From contig CAVYYE010000003.1 of assembly GCA_963772655.1 (NCBI GenBank), positions 2,801,341-2,865,340 on the forward strand: a stretch of 64,000 nt of DNA, read 5' to 3'. Positions 31,605 through 41,800 of the stretch are shown piece after piece. Position 1 is the first letter of the stretch; each line of letters opens with the position of its first letter. This stretch comes from an uncultured delta proteobacterium. GTDB lineage: Bacteria > Myxococcota_A > Polyangia > Haliangiales > Haliangiaceae. A program made the translations under genes and the position numbers. Under the pieces are notes generated by a model, which worked only from the letters and a program-made list of their open reading frames with translations, searched no databases and was not told the DNA's origin.

Positions 31605-32399
31605 TCAGGCCGGGGTTGCCGACAGACCGAGCGCGCGGCCGATCCGGGTGAAGAAGCCGACCGACTCGGGGCGCTCGTTCTCGGAGCCGTCGAGCCGTCG
31701 AGCGATCCGAATCAGCTCCTTGGCCGCGAGCGACTTGCCCTCGAGCACCGCCGGGATGCCCTTGTTGGTGGTGGCGACGATCTGGTCGTCGAGCGGGATC
31801 GCACCGAGCATGTCGACCGCGAGGATCTCGATGACGTCGGCCTGCGACAGCATGTCGCCGCGCTTGACCAGCTGATGGGAGATCCGGTTGACGATCAGGC
31901 GTGCCGGCAGGTCGGCCGCGGCGAGTAGCCCGACCACGCGATCGGCGTCGCGGATCGACGACACCTCCGGGGTGGCGACCACGATCGCCTCGTCGGCGCC
32001 CGCGATCGCGTTCTTGAAACCTTGCTCGATGCCCGCCGGGCAGTCGATGAGCACGAAGTCGTGCGAGTGCTTGAGCTCGAACACCAGCGACCGCATCTCG
32101 TCGGGAGTCACCGTGTCCTTGTCGTCGGACTGCGACGCCGGCAGCATCCACAGGTTGTCGAGGCGGCGATCCTTGATCAGCGCCTTCTGCACCGAGCAGC
32201 GGCCTTTGATGGCGTCGACCAGGTGGTAGACGATGCGGTTCTCGAGTCCCATCACGACGTCGAGGTTCCTGAGCCCGATGTCGGCGTCGATCAACACGAC
32301 CGAATGACCGAGCTGCGCGAGAGCGCTGCCGAGGTTGGCGGTGGCGGTGGTCTTGCCGACACCTCCTTTGCCTGACGTGATGACGATTGCGCGACCCAT
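31605..32399 (-). CDS. minD: Septum site-determining ATPase MinD
   Basis: GKGGVGKTT deviant Walker A. LIDADIGLRNLD. C-terminal amphipathic helix. 264 aa. Confidence 0.95.
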   Translation of the reverse strand: MGRAIVITSGKGGVGKTTATANLGSALAQLGHSVVLIDADIGLRNLDVVMGLENRIVYHLVDAIKGRCSVQKALIKDRRLDNLWMLPASQSDDKDTVTPDEMRSLVFELKHSHDFVLIDCPAGIEQGFKNAIAGADEAIVVATPEVSSIRDADRVVGLLAAADLPARLIVNRISHQLVKRGDMLSQADVIEILAVDMLGAIPLDDQIVATTNKGIPAVLEGKSLAAKELIRIARRLDGSENERPESVGFFTRIGRALGLSATPA

Positions 32400-32411
32400 G
32401 GGGTGACTCCT

Positions 32412-33456
32412 CTAGCTCTGGCTTTTGGGGGTGGTGGACAGCGTGTCGGCGAGGCCGCGCGGCAGCCTCCCCTGGTAGCGTTCGACGACGATGCTGTCGT
32501 CGGTGAGGTAGGCGATCTCGGGCACCGTGGCGGTCTCGCCGTCGCTAGCACGCGCGACCGTGCGGCAGATGCGGAGCTGCTGCGGCTCGAGCCGGAGTGC
32601 GACGATGAACCCGGCGGTGGCACCGATGCCGGCGTGTGCGGTTCCACGCAGTCGCCCGAGCACGATGATGTTCCCCTCGGCGCGCACCTCGGCGCCCGGG
32701 TTGACGTCCCCGAACACGATCAGGTGACCGCGGTGATCGAGGATCACGCCCGAGCGCACGGGGCCGACGAACAGCCGCGTGGTCTCGGAGCGCAACGCGA
32801 GAATCGAGCTGGGCCGGCGACGGCTGGGCCGGCGACGGCGACGGCGACGGCGACGCGGGCGTCTCGGCGACCGGCTCCGGCGCCGGCTCGGTCGTGTCGT
32901 TGGCGGGAATCGGCGGGATGCTTGGCAACGCCGGCTGCACCGGCTCGGCGGCGCCGGGTCCGGTCCACGCGAGGCCCTGGCTCGCGGAGGCGATCGCGTC
33001 GGGCAGTCCGGGATCGGCGAGCGCCGGTGCGAGGGCGGCGGCGGTGGCGAGCACCGCGGAGCTCGGCTCGGGTGGTGCAGGCGGCATCGGTGCCGAGCCG
33101 GCGGCGAGCTGGACCTCGAGCCGGGGAATCGCATCGCGCTCGGGGGGTTTGGGCACGCTCGGCAGAGCGCCGACCTCGATGATCCGCAGCTCGAACCTGG
33201 CGGCGAGCTCGTCGAGTCGGCTCAGGCTGCCGGGAGGCAGCGGCCCCCCGTCGACACGGATCCGGACGTCGTTGTCCTTGAAGAACCCCGGAGCCTCGGA
33301 CAACCGCGTCGTGGCGGCGTCGACGATCGCGTCGAGCGGTGCTTCGCCGTCGACGACGATCTCGAGACCTCTCGTGCCGCCGCGCAGGATCGCGGCCGGG
33401 CGATCGGAGCGATCCGGACGAGCGACGATATCGAGCGCTGCATTCCCCGCGGTCAT
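32412..33456 (-). CDS. minC: Septum site-determining protein MinC, with apparent frameshift in Pro/Ser-rich linker (near 32790-32805)
   Basis: N-domain (MTAGNAALDIV...VRIRVDG) and PSPSPSPAQ linker are in one frame. The C-domain (TRLFVGPVRSG...GDVNPGAEV...LRGTAHAG) is in another. TATATAG lies 3 nt upstream of the ATG. Confidence 0.7.
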
Positions 33457-33570
33457 GGCTATATAAAAACCCCTATAGGCCCCCGCGAACGTGGGCAAGT
33501 TTTCGGCGGTGCCGCGCCGGCGCCGTCGCAAAAGTCGAGGCGCCGATCTCCACGCCCTACAATTTCGGTC

Positions 33571-33774
33571 GTGAATCGCCTCCCCTACGCGGACCTCACG
33601 ATCGCCGCCCTGCTCGTCGTGCTCGGCGCGGCGATCGCCGCGTATCCGTGGCTCGGCGACCGGTTCCTCTACGGATCGCTCGCCGTCGGCGCGCTGCTCG
33701 CGATCGGCGGATTGGGCGCGGCGAGCGCGCGACGCCCGCGCGACGTGGTCTCCGGTCAGATCCCGTGGACCTGA
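33571..33774 (+). CDS. Possible small two-TM membrane protein
   Basis: GTG start. Hydrophobic LTIAALLVVLGAAIAA...LAVGALLAIGGLGAA. No clear RBS, so weak. Confidence 0.3.
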   Translation: MNRLPYADLTIAALLVVLGAAIAAYPWLGDRFLYGSLAVGALLAIGGLGAASARRPRDVVSGQIPWT

Positions 33775-33800
33775 CGGCCTCAGTCTCGTAGGGTCGTGAC

Positions 33801-34481
33801 GTGGAACGGTTCGAGCGACTGGCCGCGTTACGGGGAGATTCGGTCAAGGGGATCCCGGCGAGTGCGTGGGCCACCAACCTGAACGATGTCGATCGCGAGG
33901 TCTTGATCCGCGCCCTGATCGAGGCAACGCGCACGTTGATCCTCGACGAGTGGACCAGCAAGCGACCCGACGATCTCCGACCCAAGGCCGCCCTCGACGC
34001 GACCGAGGCGTGGCTCGCCACCAAGTCCGAGGAGGCCGTCGCGAATGCCAAGGCCGCCGCCAAGGAGTGCACGGCCGCGCGCAACGACACGTTCGGAACC
34101 GATCACCGGATCGCCGAGGCGGCACGATCGTGCGCCTGGGCGATCACGGCGAAGGACAGCAAGGACATCTGGGAGGGGCTCGCCTCGATCGAGGGCGAGC
34201 TCCTCGCGCGCGTCAACCTGGTCGCCGAGTACCACCGCATTCCCGAGCAGCGCAAAGCCCTGATCGCCGTGCTCCAGCGCGTGATCGAGCCGCCGCCCGT
34301 CGAGGAGGAGCCACAGGTCACCGGGCCGGTCCCGTACTCCGCGAGCGGGAACTTCCAGGTCGGTCAGCAACTCGTGCACGCCAAGTTCGGTGACCTCGTG
34401 GTCACCGCCGCCGGCGACAAGTGGATCGACGTCCAGCTCCCGGACGGGACGACCAAGCGGCTCGCCCAGAAGCCGAAATAG
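33801..34481 (+). CDS. Hypothetical protein with C-terminal UvrD/Rep-C-terminal-like Tudor domain
   Basis: C-terminus FQVGQQLVHAKFGDLVVTAAGDKWIDVQLPDGTTKRL resembles the UvrD C-terminal tail (GQRVRHAKFGEGTIV...). The N-terminal 180 aa are helical with no recognisable match. Confidence 0.6.
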   Translation: MERFERLAALRGDSVKGIPASAWATNLNDVDREVLIRALIEATRTLILDEWTSKRPDDLRPKAALDATEAWLATKSEEAVANAKAAAKECTAARNDTFGTDHRIAEAARSCAWAITAKDSKDIWEGLASIEGELLARVNLVAEYHRIPEQRKALIAVLQRVIEPPPVEEEPQVTGPVPYSASGNFQVGQQLVHAKFGDLVVTAAGDKWIDVQLPDGTTKRLAQKPK

Positions 34482-34505
34482 AGACGGCGTCCCCGCGCCG
34501 AGCAG

Positions 34506-35288
34506 TCAGCCGAGCCCGACCGCGTCGAGGTTCTCGAGGTGGTGCGCGCGCATCCCGACCACGTCGGTCGCGCGCGGGAGCTCGAGCGACAGCGCGAGGT
34601 CGCGCGACCGTGCGGCCGCGGCTCCGAGGAGCCCGTCGAGGTACGTCACATCCGCGCGCGCGATCGCGAGCGCTTCTTCGGGAATCAGTTGCGGGCCGTG
34701 CCCGGGGATCACGATCTCGGCGTCGCGCACCAGCTCGATCAGCCGCTCGAGGCTCGCGCGATACGCGACCGCGTCGTCGACGAACGGGATCTCGCACGGC
34801 GACAGGTAGTCGCCGACCAAGAGCGTGCCGTCGATCGCGAGCGCGATCCCGTCGGGGCTGTGTCCGGGCACGTGGGTGACGCGAAGCTCGGTACCACCGA
34901 GATCGAGGCACTCGCCATCCGCCAGCCCGCGCCGGCGCTCGGGCCAGTGATGCCCGTGCTCGCGCGGCACGTACCACCGCGAGTCGAACTCGCGCGCATC
35001 CTCGAGGTACTTGGCGGCGCGGGGGTCGTCCGTCGCGATCGCGGACTCCAGCGTGCTCGAGAGCCACACCGGTGCGTCGAACATCGCGTGCCCCATCACG
35101 TGGTCCCAATGGCCGTGCGTGAACACCACCGCGTCGACGTCTCGCCCGGCGCGCTCGGCGATCGCTGCGAGCTCGCGCGGGAAGTACGCGGGGTCGATCA
35201 CGATCCGCGCGTCGCCCGACGACACGATCGTCGAGGTGGTCTGCCAGATCCCGCTGGTCAGGATGTCGATACCGGTCGTGCTCGCCAT
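34506..35288 (-). CDS. MBL-fold metallo-hydrolase
   Basis: THGHWDH, HVPGHSPDG and IPGHG metal-binding motifs. Confidence 0.85.
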   Translation of the reverse strand: MASTTGIDILTSGIWQTTSTIVSSGDARIVIDPAYFPRELAAIAERAGRDVDAVVFTHGHWDHVMGHAMFDAPVWLSSTLESAIATDDPRAAKYLEDAREFDSRWYVPREHGHHWPERRRGLADGECLDLGGTELRVTHVPGHSPDGIALAIDGTLLVGDYLSPCEIPFVDDAVAYRASLERLIELVRDAEIVIPGHGPQLIPEEALAIARADVTYLDGLLGAAAARSRDLALSLELPRATDVVGMRAHHLENLDAVGLG

Positions 35289-35341
35289 GCCCGCACGCTG
35301 CCACCTCGGCGCGATCGGGTCCACCGCGTTACCCTGGCGAC

Positions 35342-37102
35342 ATGGTCGAGGACCCCGCAGCACCAGCCTCCGATGTCGTCGAGCTTCCCCCCGAGGGCTA
35401 CGACCTCGGCGACGAGCTCGGACGTGGCGGCATGGGCGAGGTGCTCGCCGCCCACGACCTCCGGATCGGACGAGACCTCGCGATCAAGCGGCTGCACGGC
35501 TCGCGTTCGCCGCGCGCGGTGGCGCGATTCCTCCGCGAAGCGCGCGTGCAGGCGCAGCTCCAGCACCCGTCGATCCTGCCGGTCCATCGCCTCGGGATCG
35601 ACGACGAGGGCCGGCCGTTCTTCGCGATGAAGCGGCTATCCGGGGACACGCTCGAGCAGCGGATCGCGGATCGTGCACCGTTGCAGGCGCTGCTCCGCGC
35701 GTTCGCCGAGGTGATCGGCGCGATCGCGTTCGCGCACGCGCGCGGCGTGGTCCATCGCGATCTCAAGCCGACCAACGTCATGCTCGGCCAGTTCGGCGAG
35801 GTCTACGTGATCGACTGGGGACTGGCGCGCGAGATCGACGCGCCAGCCGACGATCGCGACGACGACGATGACGATGACGATGACGCCGCCGCCCTCCCGC
35901 GCCCCGCCCCGCGCGTCAGCTCGCCGGAGATCGCGACCCGCGTCGGCGCCGTGCTCGGCACGCCCGGTTACATGGCCCCGGAGCAGGTGCGCGGCGAGAC
36001 CAGCGGTCCGCCCGCCGACGTCTACGCGCTCGGCGCGATCCTGTTCGAGATCCTGACCGGCGGCGAACCGCTGCACCCGCGCGGTGACGACGCGATGGTC
36101 TCGACGCTGACGTCCGCGCCGAGCTCTCCCGCCGCGCGCGCTCCCGATCGCCCGATCGCGCTCGAGCTCGACGAGCTATGTCTCGCGATGCAGGCCGAGA
36201 ACCCCGACGATCGCCCGACCGCACGCGCGGTCGCCGAGACGCTGCGCCACTACCTCGACGGCGATCGCGACCTCGAACGCCGCCGCACCCTCGCCGCCGA
36301 ACAGCTCGCGCTCGCGCGGACCGCGTTCGACGGAGGCGGTGCGCCCGCCCACATGACGGCACTGCGCCACGCCGCACGCGCGCTCGCCCTCGATCCCGAA
36401 TCCGCCGACGCCGCCGACTTCGTCGGGCAACTCGCGCTCGCGCGCCCGACCGAGATGCCACCCGCGCTGGTCGACAGCCTCGACGAGCTCGATCGCGACG
36501 CGATCCGCAAGCGGTCGCGGCGCGCCGTGCGCTCGTACGGCGCCGTGTTCGCGCTGCTCGCCGTGGTGCCGTTCCTCGACGTCGAGAGCTGGCCGTGGCT
36601 CGGTGCGTGCTTCGGCATGCTCGCCGTGCTGATCGGAGTCGCGTGGCGCGGCACGACCACGGGCACCGTGTCGCCGCATCTCTCGATGCTGGGCAACTGC
36701 TTGTTGACGGTAGCGTGGAGCCGGGTCGCCGGACCGTTCGTGCTCACCCCGGTGATGATCTGCGGCGCGTCGATCGCCGTGGCGTCGCATCCGTGGAACC
36801 AGGAACGGCCGTGGACGATCTTCGCGTGGGGCGCGATCACGGTGGTGGCGCCGTTCGTGCTCGAGGCGCTCGGCGTGTTCGGTTCGACGTGGTCGATCCA
36901 CGGCGGCTCGCTCGAGATCACGTCCGCGGTGTTCGCGCTCCGCGGGCACGTCGAGGCCGGCGTGTTGTTCGCGGTCGACCTCGGCTTCGTACTGCTGGTG
37001 GGCGGGTTCGCGTACACGATCACGCGCAACGGCCGGCAGGCCTCCCGCGACCACCACATCCAGGCCTGGCACCTGGGTCATCTGATTCCCGAGCACGCCT
37101 AG
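35342..37102 (+). CDS. Ser/Thr protein kinase with C-terminal multi-TM domain
   Basis: GRGGMGEV, AIKRL, HRDLKPTN, VIDWGLA, APEQ. C-terminal ~200 aa with several hydrophobic helices. Confidence 0.9.
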   Translation: MVEDPAAPASDVVELPPEGYDLGDELGRGGMGEVLAAHDLRIGRDLAIKRLHGSRSPRAVARFLREARVQAQLQHPSILPVHRLGIDDEGRPFFAMKRLSGDTLEQRIADRAPLQALLRAFAEVIGAIAFAHARGVVHRDLKPTNVMLGQFGEVYVIDWGLAREIDAPADDRDDDDDDDDDAAALPRPAPRVSSPEIATRVGAVLGTPGYMAPEQVRGETSGPPADVYALGAILFEILTGGEPLHPRGDDAMVSTLTSAPSSPAARAPDRPIALELDELCLAMQAENPDDRPTARAVAETLRHYLDGDRDLERRRTLAAEQLALARTAFDGGGAPAHMTALRHAARALALDPESADAADFVGQLALARPTEMPPALVDSLDELDRDAIRKRSRRAVRSYGAVFALLAVVPFLDVESWPWLGACFGMLAVLIGVAWRGTTTGTVSPHLSMLGNCLLTVAWSRVAGPFVLTPVMICGASIAVASHPWNQERPWTIFAWGAITVVAPFVLEALGVFGSTWSIHGGSLEITSAVFALRGHVEAGVLFAVDLGFVLLVGGFAYTITRNGRQASRDHHIQAWHLGHLIPEHA

Positions 37103-37179
37103 ACCCTCGCGATTTCACGGCGTTGGGAGGCCATCAGGGTGTTGACATACCCCCCGCCGCAAACCAGACTGCCGCTCCC

Positions 37180-37698
37180 ATGCGCACGCATCTCCTCGCC
37201 CTCGCCCTCGTCCTCCCGCTCGCCCCGCTGTCGACCTCCTGCTCCAAGGAGCCCGAGGCCGCGACGGTCAAAGCTGCCGCGCCGGCGAAGACGACGTCGT
37301 TCGGCGCCGGCGTCACGGTTGCCGAGGTCACGCCGGTCGACAAGATCCTCGCCGAGCCGCTCACCTATCGCGGCAAGACGGTGCGCGTCGAGGGCACGGT
37401 CGTCGACGTCTGCAAGATGCGCGGGTGCTGGTTCGAGGTCGCCGGCGAGAAGCCGGGCGTCAAGCTCAAGTTCAAGGTCACCGACGGCGAGATGGTGTTC
37501 CCGGTCGAGAGCAAGGGCATGTACGCGGTCGCGCAGGGCAAGGTCTCGGTCCGCGATCTGACGCTCGAGCAGTCCAAGGAGTACGCGGCGGAGATCGCGC
37601 GCGAGAACGGCAAGACGTTCGACCCCGCCTCCGTCGACAAGCCGGTCCAGATCGTTCGCCTCGACGGCACCGGCGCCGTGTTCCGCGATCGCAAGTAA
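37180..37698 (+). CDS. DUF4920-domain lipoprotein
   Basis: Lipobox [22 protein letters not shown] motif typical of DUF4920. TTGACA at 37142..37147 upstream. Confidence 0.75.
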   Translation: MRTHLLALALVLPLAPLSTSCSKEPEAATVKAAAPAKTTSFGAGVTVAEVTPVDKILAEPLTYRGKTVRVEGTVVDVCKMRGCWFEVAGEKPGVKLKFKVTDGEMVFPVESKGMYAVAQGKVSVRDLTLEQSKEYAAEIARENGKTFDPASVDKPVQIVRLDGTGAVFRDRK

Positions 37699-37710
37699 GG
37701 CGCGGATCGC

Positions 37711-38286
37711 GTGACGAAGAAGCGCGTCCGGTGGCGCCACTGGTTCCGGGTGCTGCACCGGGACATCGGCTACACCTGCGTCGCGCTCACGCTCGCGTAC
37801 GGCCTGTCGGGGATCGCGGTCAACCACATCGCGGACTGGAACCCGTCGTACGCGTTCGCCGAGACCGAGGTCGACATCGGTCCGGTCCCCGCCGGTGCGC
37901 TGGGCGAACAGGAAACGTTCGTGGTGCGCGCGCTCGCCCTCGATCCCGACGAGGTGCGCGGTCACTTCGCCGAGACCGAGACTCGCCTCCACGTGTTTCT
38001 CACCGAGGGACAGGAGGCGATCGTCGACACCACGACCGGGCACGGCACGCTCAAGACGCTGTCGCGCCGCCCCGTGCTGTTCCAGGTCAACACGCTCCAC
38101 CTCAACAACCTCAAGGGTGCGTGGACCTACGTCGCCGACGTGTTCGCGTTCGCGCTCATGATCCTCGCGATCACGGGCATGGTGATGATGAAGGGTTCGC
38201 GCGGCCTCTACGGGCGCGGCAAATACTTCGTGGGCGCCGGGCTCGCCGTACCGATCGGGTTCCTCGTCTATCTCTACAGCGGTTAG
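37711..38286 (+). CDS. PepSY-associated TM helix protein
   Basis: [21 protein letters not shown] (PepSY_TM N-terminal signature). Second TM near the C-terminus. GTG start. Often paired with DUF4920. Confidence 0.7.
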   Translation: MTKKRVRWRHWFRVLHRDIGYTCVALTLAYGLSGIAVNHIADWNPSYAFAETEVDIGPVPAGALGEQETFVVRALALDPDEVRGHFAETETRLHVFLTEGQEAIVDTTTGHGTLKTLSRRPVLFQVNTLHLNNLKGAWTYVADVFAFALMILAITGMVMMKGSRGLYGRGKYFVGAGLAVPIGFLVYLYSG

Positions 38287-38303
38287 CGGCGTATCGTCCG
38301 CCC

Positions 38304-38804
38304 ATGACCACGGTCGAAGTCTCCACCAACCACGGCAACTTCACGATCGAGCTCGACGACGCGCACGCACCGAAGTCGGTCGCCAACTTCCTCGCGTACG
38401 TCGACGCCAATCACTACGACAACACGGTGTTTCACCGCGTGATCCCGACGTTCATGATCCAGGGCGGCGGCTTCGATCCGCAGCTGTCCAAGAAGCCGAC
38501 CAAGCCGCCGGTCGAGAACGAGGCCGACAACGGACTCAAGAACACGCGCGGCACGGTGGCGATGGCGCGCACCTCGGATCCGCACTCGGCGACCGCGCAG
38601 TTCTTCGTCAACGTCGCCGACAACGCGTTCCTCGATCACAAGGCCAAGGAAGGTCCCGGCTGGGGCTACGCCGTGTTCGGACGCGTGACCTCCGGGATGG
38701 AGGTGGTCGACAAGATCAAGGACGTGAAGACCGGCCCCGCGGGTCCGTTCGCCAAGGATGCCCCGGTCGAGCCGGTGGTCATCCACCACGTCCGTCGCAC
38801 GTAA
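38304..38804 (+). CDS. ppiB: Peptidyl-prolyl cis-trans isomerase (cyclophilin type)
   Basis: [34 protein letters not shown]: cyclophilin signature. Confidence 0.9.
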   Translation: MTTVEVSTNHGNFTIELDDAHAPKSVANFLAYVDANHYDNTVFHRVIPTFMIQGGGFDPQLSKKPTKPPVENEADNGLKNTRGTVAMARTSDPHSATAQFFVNVADNAFLDHKAKEGPGWGYAVFGRVTSGMEVVDKIKDVKTGPAGPFAKDAPVEPVVIHHVRRT

Positions 38805-38869
38805 GCCTCCGCTTTTCATGTGCGATCCTGAAGGGGCATCTCGCGGTCCGGCACCGTATTAGGCAGACC

Positions 38870-41800
38870 GTGGCTGGCGGGAACCGCACCCATCGTGGTC
38901 GTTCACCGTTCGGTGAGGGGGATCACTGGCAAGACTCGGGGCCGACGCCGGGCAAGAAGTCGCTGACCCAGGAGCTCGGCAAGGCGACCCGCACCTCGGC
39001 GACCGTTCCGGGCAAGCGTGCGATGACCGACGTGTTCCCGACCCACCGTGCGAACCACATGGCGAGCCCCGACAAGGTTCCGGCATCGGTCGCGGGTGTA
39101 CTCGCGAACGCGAAGGGAAAGCCACTCGCGAACTCGCGTGCGTGGTCGAAGCGCATGGGGTCGAACGTCGATCACGCCCGCGTGGTGACCGGAGAGGGTG
39201 CCCCGGATGCGGCGCGGGAGCTGGGTGCACGCGCGTTCACGATCGGCAACCGCGTGTTCTTCGGAGCCGGTCACGATCCGTCGACCGACGGTGGCAGCCT
39301 GCTCGAGCACGAGCTCACGCACGTCGTACAGCAGAAGCACGCGAAGCCACCCACGGACTTCGAGAGTGCGTCGATCGTTCCGTACGGCGATGGCCGCGAG
39401 AGTGAAGCGCGCGACAAGGGAAAACCGACCGCCGGATCGAGCGAGCAGGCGATCGCGCGCGACGCCGAGAAGGATCTCGACGCCACGCCGTATCGCACGC
39501 GGTTCGCCAAGGAGATCGGCGATGGCGTCGCCGCCTACCTCGGCACGCACGAACTGCCCACGGGATCGCGGTTCGTGACGTTTCCGATCCCGATGTCGGC
39601 GGCCAACGCGATCGTGGGTGCGACTGGGAAGGAGCTGAACGAGAAGCTCGATTCGTGGTTGACGCGCGGCAAGGTCGAGCAGCTGATCGACAAGGCGCGT
39701 CCGATGGGCCGCGAGCGAGTGACCGACGGCGACAAGACCTGGGTCGCCGACAAGATGGGCGAGGGTCCGGCGCGGTGGTTTCCCGATATCGCCACCGAGA
39801 TCGCAGCTGCGTTGTTCGCGTTGCTCCGACAGTCCCTCGATCGCGTCGTGCCGCGCTATCAGAGTGCTGCGGTCGCGCTCGGCGTCGAGGCCGACGACAA
39901 GGAGCAAGCGAACGTCATCGATCCTCCAAAACCGACCGTCGCGGACATCGTGCCCAGCCACCCGATCGATGTCGCGACGATCGCCGCGCTCGTAAACGTC
40001 GCTCGATTCGACTACCAGACCTATCGCGCGACCTACCCGAACGAGAAGGGACAGCGCGGCAAGCTGCGCCCGATCACGTCCGTGAAGTGGCACGCACCCA
40101 ACAACGGCACCTACTTCGCGCGCGTCGAACCGGCGGACGCCACCATCGAGGAGGTCGCGAACGAGCTGTTCGGTACGCCGACGAAGTCGTCGCAGATCAA
40201 GATCTCGGCTGCACCGCTGTTCGGTCTCGACTGGGCCGGCGACGTCAAGCCGGTGCATCTCGAGTCGCTGAAGAAGCTGGGAGCCGATCCGAACAAGCTC
40301 GGCGATGCCGGCAAGGAAGCGACCACCGGCGAGCTCGCCGACGAGATCGCGAAGCTGCAGGGAAGCAAGGTCACCGCCGGAAAGGCCGCGACCAAGGACG
40401 CCGTGCTGCGAACGATCGACGAATCGCTCGCGATCGTTCCGACGATCGAGAAGGCCGGCGCGGCGTTCGGCATGGGCAAGAACCCGATGGTCGGGTCGCT
40501 GGCCCCACTGACCAAACGCCTGGAAGACCGGCGCGCGAAGATCGCGGTCGCGAGCGAAGAAGACGCCCTGAAGTGGGCGGGGCAGACCGAAGCGCAACAG
40601 CAGGTACTGACGTCGATCTCGTTCGACTTCGATCGCGAGTCCAAGCGGCTTGCCGACCTCACCAAGATGGTGACCGATCCGCAGCTCAAGCTCGGCGGCT
40701 TCAACCTACCCCCGCACGTGCGCGAGGCGATGGTCCATGTCGCGATGGGTTACGCGGATACGGCGCTCCTGTCCGACGCACCGCAGACGGCGCAACACAA
40801 GCTGGCGGCGGTCGAGGACGAGGCAGGGGCCCTGCCGATCACGTTTCTCGAGGGCACGCTCGCATCGATCCAGCGCTCGCTCGACGACGCGCGCGATGCG
40901 AAGCACGGCAAGTCGGAACACGCGTCGTACGGCGTGACGGGGATGGCCGGCCGCGAGCAGAAGCTCAAGGAACGGCTCGCCGCCGTCCGGGCGATGATCA
41001 AGACCGATCCGGAGGGCGCCACCAAGGAGCTCAAGGAGGTCTCGAAGCTGATCACCGATCTCCAGCTCGAGACCGAGATGGTCGCGAACATGGACCAGAT
41101 CGACGCTGCCTGGCAGGCGCTCGACGACGGCATCAGCTTCTGGTGGACGAGCGTCTTCACGCAGCTCCACGCCAAGGATCTCAAGGCCAAGGGCGACGAG
41201 CTCCACGCGCGGTGGAAGCAGATCTTCAAGGCGTGGAAGACCAACGATCCCGAGAAACAGAAACAGGCCAAGGCCGATCTCGAGGGTCTGCGCAAGGATC
41301 CGGCCCTGGGCAAGTGGCTCGGCGAGGTCCAGTCGGTACTCAAGGACGCGCGCATCGAGCGGCTGATCGGCGAGTTCGTCGCGATCATCGCGATCACGAT
41401 CGTCACCGCGGGTGTCGGGGATCTGGTCGCGGCAGGCGCGGCGGGCTGGGAGCTCTCCGCCGGATCGACGGCACTCCTCGCGGGTGGCGCTGAGGCCGCG
41501 ACCTTCACGATGCTGTCGCAGATCTTCCTCGACAGCGATCATAGCTTCGGCCACATCGCCTACGAGTTCGCGAGCAACTGGGCGCTGTTCGGTGTGTTGC
41601 GGCGATTCCAGGCGTTCGCGGAGGTCGCCAAGCTATCCAAGGTCGAAGCGGTCGGCGGAAACGTGCTGCTCCTCGCCGCGACCACCTACGCGAAGGCGGA
41701 CCTCGACAAGTACATCAAGGAAGGTCGCCACCTCAACGCCGACGAGGTCAAGCAGGTCGCGCTGCAGGGCATGGCGATGGCGATCGCGATGCACGCGATC

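Noticed and set aside
33135-33531. N-terminal 25 codons of the 328-aa ORF (MRRRRRGTAENL...)
   Set aside because: Poly-Arg extension upstream of the conserved MinC N-domain. The start is placed at the internal Met (33456), preceded by TATATAG.
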